Source: Anaerolineae bacterium (GTDB lineage: Bacteria; Chloroflexota; Anaerolineae; JAAYZQ01). Taken from it: a DNA stretch of 64,000 nt. Positions 36,503 to 47,100 of this stretch are shown here, in pieces (positions within the stretch are counted from its first letter, which is position 1; each line of letters opens with the position of its first letter). The DNA is taken from positions 1,259-65,258 of the forward strand of contig JAMJFU010000001.1 in the NCBI GenBank assembly GCA_023544525.1, written 5' to 3'. Below the pieces are notes generated by a model. That model had not been told where the DNA came from. It was given only the letters and a program-made list of their open reading frames with translations, and ran no database searches. A program made the translations under genes and the position numbers.

Positions 36503-39049
36503 CTAAGTGGCAGGCTTGGCCTCATAGGCTGGCACGGACAGCACCTGGTCGCCGGCCATTACCTGCCAATAGGGCCGCCAGGCCAGGCCGAACAGGCCGA
36601 GCTGCACGTCGGTCCGGCGCGGCCGCACCTCGACTTCCTCGACATCGTCGATGCGCTCTGCCCATACCTGCTTGAGCTTGTCGACCTCCTCCCGGGCCTC
36701 CTTCTCCAACCCGTCGATCTCGTCCTCGAGCGCCTCGATGGTCCTCTCTGACTCTTCCAGGTCGGCCCTGGCCTGGCGCGTCATGCGCCGTTTGCGGCTG
36801 GCCGAGGACAGGCGCGAGGACGAGCGACGCCCGGTAAAGAGACCAAACACCGACTCGACGCCAGAAAGCAGTTCTTCCTGTTTGCGGGCGTCGTGTTCGA
36901 CCTTGTCCTCGCGAAGCTCCTGCTTCTCCCGGTCCAGCTTGACCTCGATGCGCTGCAGCTCCCGCTCGTACTTTACCTTGAGCTTCTCGGCCTCGGCCTC
37001 GGAGGCATCCTCTGCCGCCTTGCGACAGCGGCGCTGGAATTCCTTCTGGCTCTCGCCAGGTTCCGAGTAGAGATCTACGTGGGGATTATGCCAGAGCGTG
37101 ATGGAAGAGTTGTAGTATAGATAATCCTCAAACTCGTTCCGTAGGGCCGTATACCGCCTGGCATCGCCCATATCGGAGGGCAGCTGGGCAAATCGAGCGC
37201 CCCGGTCGGGCTGCGACTCGAGGGTCCCGGCATCCAGGTCGACCCTGACCGAGGACCAGTCGAGGATCTGGCCGCTACCTTCCAGGGGGAGCAGATAGGT
37301 CACATCTTCCGCGTAGGTTTGCCGGCTCTTGGTGTGGACAAAACGCAGCCGGGCCGAACCCAGCAAACCTGGCTTGTAGACCAGCAGGCCCTCATCGCCT
37401 GCACCACGCCCTCCGGCCTGGGCGCGCCCGCCAGTCAGGTCAGACAGGGCAGAACTGAAAGATATCCGGACCGGCAGAAAGGCTTGCTTTACCGAGGAGG
37501 GCAGCTGGGGCGGGACCTGGCTGAGCCCATCAGTGATGGCTGCGTGCGGCTCGCGCCCTTCCGGGCGGGCTTCTGCGGCCTGCCTGGCCTCCAGCGCCAC
37601 TGCGGCACCGGGCGCCGCCTCGCCTGGCGCTGGAGCCTGCTCCGCTACCAGTTGCTGGATCTGGCGACGGGTCAGCGGCCCGCGTAGGTAGCTCATGGCC
37701 CAGCGGGTGTGAAAGACATGGGGCCTGTCCTCGTGCACGTTGTGTAGCAAGAATACGCGCGAACCCAGGGCCGAGATCATGCGGTCGAACTGCGCCCGGC
37801 TGGTGCCACCGGCGGTGACCTGGACCCCTTCCAGGCCATCGAGCAGCCTCTGTTTGTCCCGGTCGGCCTGCATGCGCCCGATAAACCAGGTGCCCGCGTT
37901 GGACAACGCCTTGTAGTCCAGGTCCACGGGGTTCTGCGTGGCCAGGACCAGGCCCAGGCCAAAGGCTCGCGCCTGTTTGAGCAAGGTCAAGAGCGGCTTC
38001 TTGGTGGGCGGGTTGGCCGGGTGGGGCGGCAGGTAGCCGAACATCTCGTCCATGTAGAGCAGGGCGCGAAGGCTGGTGGTCCCGGTCTGGGCCCGCATCC
38101 AGCTCACTACCTGTTCCAGTAGCAGGCTGACAAAGAACTCCCGCTCGGCATCGGACAGGTGGGCGATGTAGAGGACGCTCACCTGTGGCTTGCCCGCGGG
38201 GCTGCGCAACAAGCCCGAGATCTCTAGCGGCTGGCCCCTGAGCCAGTGTACAAAAGTGGGCGAAGCCACCAACCCGTTAAAGAGCATGGCCAACTGCAAG
38301 CGGTCCTTTTCAGGGAAGAAGGTGTCCAGGGGAAAAACGCCCAATTGGCTGAACGGCGGCTTCTGGATGCGCATGATCAACTGGGTCAGGTCCAGATCCT
38401 CACCGCTGCGCCACGCCTCTGCAAAGATATTCGACAGCAAAATGTGCTCCCGGCTGCGCACCGGGTCCGCTTCGATGCCGATCAGTGCCAGCAGGGCCGA
38501 GACGACGGTCTCGATCTTGTCCCGGATCAACTCATCATCCGCCTTCAGCTCCGCAGCAGGTGCCTTGAACGTCTGCAGGATGCTCAGCTCGCGGCCGGCG
38601 CTGCTGCCGGGTGTGTAGATGGCAAAGTCAGCCGCATCTTTCAGACGGCGGATCCGCTCTGCCCCCTGCCCGGTCGCTGCCAGGCCATCGCGCCACTGGC
38701 TGGCGATCTTGGCAGCGTAGCTGTCCAGGTCCATGTCCTTGCGGCGAGCATCGTCAGGGTTGACCCAGGGCCGAAAATCCTCGGGCTGCAGCTCGGGAAA
38801 GGTGAGCAGCAGGTTCGTCATGTCACCCTTGGGGTCGATCACCAGGGACGGAACGCCATCCAGCACGGCCTCCTCAAGCAAGATGATCCCCAGGCCCGTC
38901 TTACCGCTGCCGGTCATGCCCAGACAGACGGCATGTGTGGTCAGATCCCGAGCGTCATAGTGCACCGGTTCCTCGAGCAAGCTGCCCTCCGACAGGTCGT
39001 ACCCTTGCCCCAGGTAAAAACTCGCCAGGCGTTCCTCGACTGGTTCCAT
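36503..39049 (-). CDS. HerA/FtsK-superfamily (DUF87-like) P-loop ATPase with ~350-aa coiled-coil-rich C-terminal extension, 848 aa
   Basis: Walker A GMTGSGKTG, Walker B LYMDEMF, VLATQNPVDLD motif; charged coiled-coil C-terminus. Confidence 0.6.
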   Translation of the reverse strand: MEPVEERLASFYLGQGYDLSEGSLLEEPVHYDARDLTTHAVCLGMTGSGKTGLGIILLEEAVLDGVPSLVIDPKGDMTNLLLTFPELQPEDFRPWVNPDDARRKDMDLDSYAAKIASQWRDGLAATGQGAERIRRLKDAADFAIYTPGSSAGRELSILQTFKAPAAELKADDELIRDKIETVVSALLALIGIEADPVRSREHILLSNIFAEAWRSGEDLDLTQLIMRIQKPPFSQLGVFPLDTFFPEKDRLQLAMLFNGLVASPTFVHWLRGQPLEISGLLRSPAGKPQVSVLYIAHLSDAEREFFVSLLLEQVVSWMRAQTGTTSLRALLYMDEMFGYLPPHPANPPTKKPLLTLLKQARAFGLGLVLATQNPVDLDYKALSNAGTWFIGRMQADRDKQRLLDGLEGVQVTAGGTSRAQFDRMISALGSRVFLLHNVHEDRPHVFHTRWAMSYLRGPLTRRQIQQLVAEQAPAPGEAAPGAAVALEARQAAEARPEGREPHAAITDGLSQVPPQLPSSVKQAFLPVRISFSSALSDLTGGRAQAGGRGAGDEGLLVYKPGLLGSARLRFVHTKSRQTYAEDVTYLLPLEGSGQILDWSSVRVDLDAGTLESQPDRGARFAQLPSDMGDARRYTALRNEFEDYLYYNSSITLWHNPHVDLYSEPGESQKEFQRRCRKAAEDASEAEAEKLKVKYERELQRIEVKLDREKQELREDKVEHDARKQEELLSGVESVFGLFTGRRSSSRLSSASRKRRMTRQARADLEESERTIEALEDEIDGLEKEAREEVDKLKQVWAERIDDVEEVEVRPRRTDVQLGLFGLAWRPYWQVMAGDQVLSVPAYEAKPAT

Positions 39050-39149
39050 ATCAGCCTCTCCCTCCCTACGTCTGTTGGGTTCGCACTCGAACCGCGGGCG
39101 GTCCCGATCGATCGCCCGGGCTCAACTGCATTGTACCAAAGACTTGGCC

Positions 39150-39191
39150 AGAAGGCAAAGCAAAAGGGGTGACACCGGGCGGCATCACCCC
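39150..39191 (-). terminator. Rho-independent terminator on minus strand (GGGGTGA-N12-TCACCCC + U-tract)
   Basis: Hairpin followed by TTTTGCTTTG on minus strand. Confidence 0.55.
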
Positions 39192-39467
39192 TATCCGTCG
39201 GTTCAGGACAACACTACTACCGATCGCAGGGCCCCCCCTACCCTAAACGACCACGTCATCCTGGCCGATCAGACCAAAGTTGGGCGAGATCCATCGGTCG
39301 ATCTCGCAGGTACAACCATCCATGCTGGGCGTCGTCGTGACCCCCAAAGCCGGCCTTGTTGCGCACAAGGAACCCCCCCGTCAAGCGAAAGACAACGCCA
39401 ACGGTCAGAATAAAGGCAACTTCCGTCTTGGGCTTACCTCCGGGTGGGGTTGAACCCTGTATCAAGA

Positions 39468-39495
39468 TAATACCCCATTTTGGGTCATTTGTCAA
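39468..39495 (-). promoter_or_regulatory. Minus-strand promoter TTGACA-16-TATTAT driving a ~270-nt unannotated transcript
   Basis: Consensus hexamers read on minus strand, downstream of hisS stop. Confidence 0.45.
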
Positions 39496-39595
39496 GGACT
39501 TAATTCACGACTCGGCCAAAATATCTGGATCTTCCGTTCCGTTGGCGGCTCGGCCCGAGATACGCCCACGGTTTGGCGCCCCGGAGGGGACGTGC

Positions 39596-40870
39596 CTAGC
39601 CGCCAGTGGCCTTCAGGCGTTCGATGAGATCGGCTTCTGCATACGGCTGCTGATCCCCGGTCTTCATTTCCTTCAGGACCACCTGGCCTGCCTGCAGCTC
39701 ATCCGGCCCGAGGATGATCACAAAGGGGATCTCCTTACGATCGGCGTAGCGCAGCTGTTTGCCCAGCCGCATCGGTTCCAGGACCTGCTCGGCGTTGATC
39801 CCCGCGCGTCGCAGGCGACCGGCCAACGTCACGGTCGGGGCATAGAGCTCCGCGTCAAAGAGTGTGACCAGGACGGTGGTGGGTGTCAGGGGCAGCTCAG
39901 GGCGTTTGCCCAGGCGCTCCAGGAGCAGCTCGATGATCACGTCGCCCATGGCAAAGCCCACGCCCGTGATCCGTTCGCCGCCCACGTCTGCGACGAGGTT
40001 GTCGTACCTGCCCCCACCGAAAATGGCTCGAAACCTGCCCGCGCGGTCATAGGCCTCGAACACAGGGCCGGTGTAGTAGTCCAGGCCCCGCACGATTCCG
40101 GCATCGTAGAGCAAATAGCCGGCCATGCCAGAGGCCTCAGCCGTGGCGAACACCTGCCGCAGCTCCTCTGACTCCCGCCAGAGGTCCGGGTCCGCGAGCA
40201 GATCGCGCAGCGCAGCCAATTGCCCTTCGGTCAGGCCGATATCCAATGCCCAGGCTTCCCACTTGTCCACGGGCAGACGGTCGCGGCGGTCGATGAGGCG
40301 AAAGACATCGAGGCGCATCTCCTCTCCCACGCCGATCCCGGCCAGCTTGCGCTCCATCAGACGGCGGCTGTTGATACGGATCACGACCTCGTCGGCGCCC
40401 AGTCCCAGGCTACGAAAGAATTCGGCGGCGATGGACACAATCTCCCCGTCGGCGGTGGCAGAGTCGGAGCCCAGGAGGTCGATGTTCCACTGGAAGAACT
40501 CCCGGCTGCGCCCGCGCTGGGGACGCTCGTAGCGCCAGAAGGGGCCAAAGGAGAACCAGCGCACCGGCAGGACCAGGGTCGCCTGCTGCTGGGCCACCAT
40601 GCGCGCCAGGGACGGTGTCAGCTCGGGGCGCAACGCCAGTTCGTCGCCGCCGCGATCGGTGAGCACGAAGGACTGTTCCTTGACCAGTTCCTCGCCGCTC
40701 TTGGCCGCATATAGCTCCAATCGTTCCAGGAGCGGGGCCTCGTACTCCTGGTAACCGAACCGCTCCGAGATGTCGCGGATCTTCTGGTAGAGCCAGTTGC
40801 GGAAAGCCATGGTCTCTGGATAAAAGTCGCGCGTGCCCTTGACGGATTGTATGGTTGTCTGGGTCGCCAT
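39596..40870 (-). CDS. hisS: Histidyl-tRNA synthetase
   Basis: Class II aaRS motifs, KGTRDFYPE N-terminus, anticodon-binding C-terminal domain. Confidence 0.9.
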   Translation of the reverse strand: MATQTTIQSVKGTRDFYPETMAFRNWLYQKIRDISERFGYQEYEAPLLERLELYAAKSGEELVKEQSFVLTDRGGDELALRPELTPSLARMVAQQQATLVLPVRWFSFGPFWRYERPQRGRSREFFQWNIDLLGSDSATADGEIVSIAAEFFRSLGLGADEVVIRINSRRLMERKLAGIGVGEEMRLDVFRLIDRRDRLPVDKWEAWALDIGLTEGQLAALRDLLADPDLWRESEELRQVFATAEASGMAGYLLYDAGIVRGLDYYTGPVFEAYDRAGRFRAIFGGGRYDNLVADVGGERITGVGFAMGDVIIELLLERLGKRPELPLTPTTVLVTLFDAELYAPTVTLAGRLRRAGINAEQVLEPMRLGKQLRYADRKEIPFVIILGPDELQAGQVVLKEMKTGDQQPYAEADLIERLKATGG

Positions 40871-40908
40871 CTTGATTCTCCTCGGTCAGATCCTAGATCG
40901 TATGCATC

Positions 40909-40954
40909 CGAAAACAAACAAAAAGAAAAGCGTGGTCCAGGCTGCACCACGCTT
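40909..40954 (-). terminator. Leader terminator/attenuator hairpin (9-bp stem + U-tract) in hisS 5'UTR
   Basis: AAGCGTGGT-N9-ACCACGCTT followed by TTCTTTTTGTTTGTTTT on minus strand, ~40 nt upstream of hisS ATG. Confidence 0.5.
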
Positions 40955-41107
40955 GGGGCTCCCAGGGCGGAGCACACGGCTCCCCCCCGTGTCAGGGTGC
41001 CCCACGGGCGTGGGGATGATGCATATGGCATTGCTGTCCAGCCCGGGTTGTTGGCGGGTTCTGCATGAGACTTTGCCGCGTCGCCTTTCTGTCAAGCATT
41101 CGAGCAC

Positions 41108-41135
41108 ATTATACCAGAGTCCCTGCTTTTTGCAA
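41108..41135 (-). promoter_or_regulatory. Minus-strand promoter TTGCAA-16-TATAAT for hisS leader
   Basis: Hexamers at 41130-41135 and 41108-41113 (minus strand), giving ~230-nt leader. Confidence 0.4.
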
Positions 41136-41483
41136 GTCGGCCTTCTCGAGAACTGGAGCTGGTGCAAACTACAGCATTCCTCCAGAACAGCCGTTTTCGG
41201 GCCCGGTCTCGGAACCTGCGCCGGTTGCCAAGCGTCTCATAGGTGTGTGCAGTTCTGTCTTGTAGTGGACAAGCAATGAGATCGGTGCTATACTCGCTAC
41301 TCGGAGCCTTGAGCAGGCTGGTATCCTCGCCGCGGCGGGAAGGCAAGGCAGGTGGTGTTGCCCCTCATCTCCCTGGCGCCTGTCCCTTTCGCCAGCCGGC
41401 CCTCTAAGCGTGGGCCGGACGATGGCTCAGCGTGGGCCAGATACTGGTCAAGAATCATCCGGCAAGGGGCGGATGGGCTTACA

Positions 41484-44087
41484 ATGGGAAAGAAAGAATC
41501 CGTAGAGACGGAGTGTTCTATGACATCCCATGTGCGCCATCGCCGCCTATGGCTGGCCCTGGGCGTTCTCCTCAGCTTGGTCCTCGTGACGGGTGCTGCC
41601 GCGGCCTACTGGCTGCTGGCCGACCTGCCACGTCTCGACGGTCCCAACGCCGCACACGCTGCAACGCTCTATGGCTATGCTGCCGCTCCCAGCTCCAAGA
41701 TCTATGACCGGTACGGGCGCCTGCTCTACGAGATGCCACCGCCCCAAACCGGGCTGCACTCCCCCGTAGCATTGGAGGACGTGCCGCTAGCACTACGCCA
41801 GGCGCTCATTGCCACGGAGGACGCCACATTCTACGAAAACCCCGGTGTGGACGGCCGGGCGATCCTGCGCGCGGTCTGGCTAAACCTGCGGGGCGGTGAG
41901 ATCGTTTCGGGGGGCAGCACCCTGACCCAGCAGCTGGCCCGCAACCTGCTCCTGAGCCCAGAAGAGCGTTACGAGCGCACGCTGGCACGCAAGCTGCGCG
42001 AGGCGATTCTGGCCTGGCGGATCGACCGCCATTATTCCAAGGACGAGGTCCTCGAGCTCTACCTCAACGAGATCTATTTTGGGAACATGGCCTATGGCAT
42101 CGAGGCCGCAGCCCAGGCCTATTTCGGCAAGCCGGCCCGCGATCTGGACCTGGCCGAGTCAGCGCTGTTGGCTGGACTAGCCCAGGCGCCCGCCTACTAC
42201 AATCCCCTGGAAAACCTGGAGGCGGCCAAGGAGCGCCAGGCTGTGGTCCTGGATCTCATGGTCAAGCAGGGGTTCATCAGCGAGGAGCAGGCCCGCCTGG
42301 CCGGCAAAGAGAAGCTCTATTTCGCCTCGGTGCCTTTTGACATCCACGCCCCGCATTTTGTGATGTACGTGCGCACGAAGCTGGAGCGGGAACTGGGCCT
42401 GGAACGCCTGGAGCGAGGTGGGCTCCAGATCTACACCACGCTAGACCTGGACCTGAACGAGACCGCCCGCGACATCATCCGCTACCGGCTTTCCCGCCTG
42501 GCCGAGTGTGGTGGCCAGCGGACCAACTGCCCTCCTGGCGGCCACAACGTGCGGAACGCAGCCCTGGTCGCACTCGATCCGCGGACGGGCGAGATACTGG
42601 CGATGGTCGGCAGCCCTGACTATTTCTCGGCGCGGATCGACGGTGCGGTCAATGGCACTACGGCCCTGCGCCAGCCAGGTTCCTCGATCAAGCCCATCAC
42701 CTATGCCACGGCCTTTGCCGCCGGAGAACTGAGCCCGGCGACGATGATGCTCGACGTCCACACCTCCTTCCTGACCGCAGAGGGCACGGCCTACGTCCCG
42801 ACCAACTATGACCTGCAGTTCCGCGGCCCGGTCCGGCTGCGCGAGGCGCTGGCATCCTCCTACAACCTCATCGCCGTCAAGGTCCTGGATGCCGTGGGTG
42901 TGGAGGCCATGACCGGCCTGGCCCGGCGATTGGGGATCAGCACGTTCGACGAGCTGGAGAAACTGGGCCTGGCCGTTACCCTGGGCGGGGGCGAGGTCCG
43001 GCTGCTGGAGGAGACAGGGGCGTACGCGGCCTTTGCCAACGGGGGCTATGCCATCCATCCGGTCGCCATCCGCAGGGTGGAAGACGAAGAGGGACGGCTG
43101 CTCTGGTCACCGCAGCCGGGTGTGGGTGCCCGCGTGCTGGACGAGCGGGTGGCCTATCTCATCGGCGATGTCCTGAGCGACGAGGAGGCCCGCATCCCGT
43201 CCTTTGGCGAGGGCAGCGACCTGGAGCTAAGCCGCCCGGCGGCCGTCAAGACCGGCACGACCACCGACTACCGCGACAACTGGACGGTGGGCTATACGCC
43301 CGAGTTGGTAGCCGGGGTATGGGTTGGCAACGCCGACAACGAGCCGATGCTCGAAACATCGGGCCTCAGCGGCGCCGCACCCATCTGGCACGATTTTATG
43401 GAGATGGCCCTGAAGGGCCAGCCTGTCCAAGCCTTCCAGCGGCCTGCGGGGCTGGTGGAGGTTGAGGTCTGTGCCCTGTCAGGGCTGCTGCCCGGCCCGG
43501 ACTGCCCGCACCGGGTGAAGGAGCTCTTTGTGGAGGGCACCGAGCCAACCGAGATGTGCACCATGCACCAACGGGTCGCCATCGACCGCGCGACCGGCCT
43601 GCGGGCCACGGCTCTGACGCCCGCGGAACGCATCGTGGAGCGCGTGTACACCATCCTCCCCCCCGAGGCCCAGGATTGGGCAGAGGCGCAGGGGATCTTG
43701 GAGCTACCGCCCCCCACGAACGCAGGCGCGCCCGCCTCCGGTTCCGGCGCGCAGCAGACTGATCCAGGCTCCCCAGCGCAGCACAGGGGCAGCGGTGCCC
43801 AGGAGCTGACCTTGAGTAGCCCTGATCCCGGCAGCATCTACCTGCTGGATGGGGGCCTGCCGCGCGACGCCCAGCGCCTCCCGGTGGTGGCCTATGCCGC
43901 TGCGGGGGTCTCGTTGCGAGAGGTGACGCTGTTCGTGGATGGCCAGCCTCTGGCCCAGTTTGACATGCCACCCTACAAGACGCTCTGGCCACTGGAGCCG
44001 GGCGCCCATCGCTTTTGGGCCGTTGGCCTCCGGCACGATGGGGAACGGGTCGTCAGTGATGAGGTCCGGATCATAGTGCGCGACTAG
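41484..44087 (+). CDS. Class A penicillin-binding protein (transglycosylase + transpeptidase; PBP1C-like by context)
   Basis: GT51 motifs (ATEDATFYENPGVD, RQALIATED), TM anchor, transpeptidase SxxK-type region, C-terminal extension; start could alternatively be ATG 41520. Confidence 0.8.
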   Translation: MGKKESVETECSMTSHVRHRRLWLALGVLLSLVLVTGAAAAYWLLADLPRLDGPNAAHAATLYGYAAAPSSKIYDRYGRLLYEMPPPQTGLHSPVALEDVPLALRQALIATEDATFYENPGVDGRAILRAVWLNLRGGEIVSGGSTLTQQLARNLLLSPEERYERTLARKLREAILAWRIDRHYSKDEVLELYLNEIYFGNMAYGIEAAAQAYFGKPARDLDLAESALLAGLAQAPAYYNPLENLEAAKERQAVVLDLMVKQGFISEEQARLAGKEKLYFASVPFDIHAPHFVMYVRTKLERELGLERLERGGLQIYTTLDLDLNETARDIIRYRLSRLAECGGQRTNCPPGGHNVRNAALVALDPRTGEILAMVGSPDYFSARIDGAVNGTTALRQPGSSIKPITYATAFAAGELSPATMMLDVHTSFLTAEGTAYVPTNYDLQFRGPVRLREALASSYNLIAVKVLDAVGVEAMTGLARRLGISTFDELEKLGLAVTLGGGEVRLLEETGAYAAFANGGYAIHPVAIRRVEDEEGRLLWSPQPGVGARVLDERVAYLIGDVLSDEEARIPSFGEGSDLELSRPAAVKTGTTTDYRDNWTVGYTPELVAGVWVGNADNEPMLETSGLSGAAPIWHDFMEMALKGQPVQAFQRPAGLVEVEVCALSGLLPGPDCPHRVKELFVEGTEPTEMCTMHQRVAIDRATGLRATALTPAERIVERVYTILPPEAQDWAEAQGILELPPPTNAGAPASGSGAQQTDPGSPAQHRGSGAQELTLSSPDPGSIYLLDGGLPRDAQRLPVVAYAAAGVSLREVTLFVDGQPLAQFDMPPYKTLWPLEPGAHRFWAVGLRHDGERVVSDEVRIIVRD

Positions 44088-44126
44088 CGCCACGACATAT
44101 TTCCTACATAGAGGAAGGAAACACAG

Positions 44127-47100
44127 ATGAGCAGGCGAATGACGCTTTTTATGAATGGTGGGCTCTTTTTGTTCCTCATCGTTCTGCTGCTGGGCGCCTG
44201 TGGGTCGCCCACGCCTGGGGTTACGCCTACGCCCGGTGAGCCTACAGCCACCATACCGCCGACGGAGACACCCCTGCCAACGTCGACGCCCATGCCCTTG
44301 CCCGCGCCGGGGCTCCTTTTCCGCAGTCCCGCTCCCGGCGAGGAGCAACCGCTCCAGGAGCCTATCGAGTTAACCTTTGACCAGCCCATGGACCGGGCCA
44401 GTGTGGAGGCAGCGCTGACCATCTCGCCCACACTGGGGGGCCGGCTTACCTGGCTCGACGACCGGACCGTCTCTTTTGTGCCCGACAGAGAGCTGGAGCG
44501 CGGGGCCCGTTTCCGCGTGACGGTGGATGACAGGGCCGAGAACGTAGAGGGCAAGCCGTTGGAGGAAGCGGTCAGCTTTGAGTTCAGCACCGTGGGCTTC
44601 CTCGAGGTCAGCCAGGTCATGCCCGCACCCGGCAGCGAGGATCTGGATCCCGACACGGTCGTGACCGTGGTATTCAACCGGCCGGTGGTGCCTCTGACGG
44701 CCATCAACCGCCAGGACGAGCTGCCCCAACCTCTGACCTTCGTGCCTCCGGTAAGGGGCAGCGGGGAGTGGCTTAACACGTCCATCTATCTCTTCCGGCC
44801 GGAAGAGGGTCTCCTGCCGGCAACACAATACAAGGCCCGGGTCGCCGCCGGCCTGACCGACACCAGCGGGGCAGTACTGGAGGAGGACTATACCTGGGAG
44901 TTCGCCACGGTGCTGCCCGCGATCCTCGCCGTCGCACCGCCGGAGGGTTTTGCGCAGGTTGGGCCTACCGACGCCATCAGCGTCACGTTCAACCAGCCCA
45001 TGGATCACGCCTCAGTCCAGGCTCACTTCACCCTGGAAACAGACCTGGAGGCGGTGCAGGGAGCTTTTCAGTGGAAGGGTGGAGAGAAGGCCGTTGATCC
45101 AGAGACGATGCTCTTTGTCCCGGACGAGCCGTTACCCCGAGACACTGCCTTTGTGGCCCGCGTGTCAACCGGCGTGCAGGCCCGGGCGGGCAATGCCGGC
45201 ACCCAGGCGGAGAAGCGTTGGAGCTTTTCCACTGTCAAGCAACCGGGCATCGTCAAGGCCTCGCCCCCCGACGGCGCCAGGGGTGTCGCTCCGGGTCAGC
45301 GCCTGAGCATCACCTTCGCCAGCCCCATGCAGACCAAAGGCTTTCTCGACTACCTCACCATCCTCCCGGCCGCAACAGAGGTCTACACCTCGTGGTCAGA
45401 GAACGATACCCACGTCGAGATCGACTTCCAGGGCAAGCCGGCCATGACCTACCAATTCACCCTGCGTGCCGCCACCCCCGATCGCTATGGCGCGCCGTTG
45501 GGCAGTGCCGCGCGCATCCGCTTCACGACCGGGGATCTGTCTCCTATCGCCAGCCTGACCACCATCGATCGCCTGGGCACGGTCAGTGCCTATACCGACA
45601 CGGTGGTCTATGCCACCTACCGCAATGTGTCGAGCCTCCGCATACGGCTATATCGCCTCAGCTTGCGGACGTTCATGGACCTGAACACGCGCTGGGAGGC
45701 CTGGGACGAATTCGTGCCGAACGAAGACGAGTTGGTGCGGGCCTGGTCCCGCAGGGTCCAGGCACCCCGCAACGAGGCCCGCCTGGCGCGCCTGCTGCTG
45801 GTCGACGGTGAGGGCGACCCCCTGCCGCCCGGCCTGTACTACGTCCAGCTCACGGCACCCGAGATCCAAAGCTTGAGCACAACCAGCAGCAAGCTATCCC
45901 GCTACATGTTCGTCAAGTCACGGCTGAACCTGACGCTCAAGCAGACCCGTTCTGAGGCCCTGGTCTGGGCTACAGACCTGGCATCAGGGCAGCCGGTGGC
46001 GGATCTACCGGTGGACTTTTATTCGGCGACCGACCAGATAACGGGCAGCGGCAGGAGCGATCCTGATGGCCTGGCGTTGGTCCCGGATCTGCCCATGGAA
46101 GACCTCTGGAGCCCGTTCTTTGCCGTGGCTGGCGAGCCGGGCGCTGAGGGGTTTGGCATCGCCTTCAACGGATGGGAGCAGGGCATCAATCCCTGGGACT
46201 TTGGCGTCGACTCGGAGTTCTGGGCCAGCGACTACCAGGGCTACCTCTACACCGACCGGCCCATCTACCGCCCGGGCCAGACCGTCTACTTTAAGGGCAT
46301 CGTGCGCGCCGACGACGATGCCCAGTACAGGTTGCCAGAGGAGATCGATGCCTTGCAGGTGCACGTCAACGATGCGCAGGGCAAGGAGCTGTATCGAAAG
46401 GTCCTCAATCTCAGCGACATGGGGACGTTTTACGATCAACTGGTGCTGGACGGCGAGGCGACGCTGGGCGACTACTTCCTCGAGGTCCAAGATCCGGAGC
46501 ACGAGCTCTATGCCGGGACCAGCTTCCGCGTCGCCGAGTACAAGAGCCCCGAGTTCCAGGTGTCAGTCACCACAGCCCGCGATGCATATCTCAACGGCGA
46601 GTCGATCAACACCACGGCCGAGGCGACCTATTACTTTGGGGGCCCAGTCGCCGGTGCCGACGTCCACTGGAGCGTGCTCAGCAACGATTACTACTTCCAG
46701 TACGACTGTCCCCAGGGCCAGGACTGTCCCTGGTACAGTTGGTCGGACTTTGAGTGGGGCGAATACCCCGAAGGCGAGTTCTATGGCGGCTATGGGCGGC
46801 TGGTCGGCGAAGGCGACGGCGAGACCGATGCCGAGGGCCGGGTCACCTTCAGGGTCCCGGCCAACCTGGCCAATGATGCACAAAGCCAGGTCTTAACCCT
46901 AGAGGCCAGCGTGACCGATATCAACGACCAACAGGTGAGCAGCCGCACGGCGACCATCGTCCACAAGGGCGAGTTCTACATCGGCGTCGCCCCGCGCGGC
47001 TACCTGGCCCGTGTCGGCGAGGAAAAAGAGGTGGACCTGCTGACCGTCGATTGGGACAGCCAGCCAGTGGCGGGTGTCGACCTGACCGCCGTCGTCATGG

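Noticed and set aside
39420-39475. tRNA-like GGTTCAACCCC segment (possible T-arm of a tRNA or tmRNA)
   Set aside because: No acceptor stem or anticodon arm could be assembled on either strand; likely chance resemblance.
39256-39495. 79-aa minus-strand ORF between hisS and the HerA-like gene
   Set aside because: Its start lies upstream of the predicted TSS, there is no RBS, and the composition is Gly/Pro-rich. A shorter 26-codon ORF inside the predicted transcript is noted as a finding instead.
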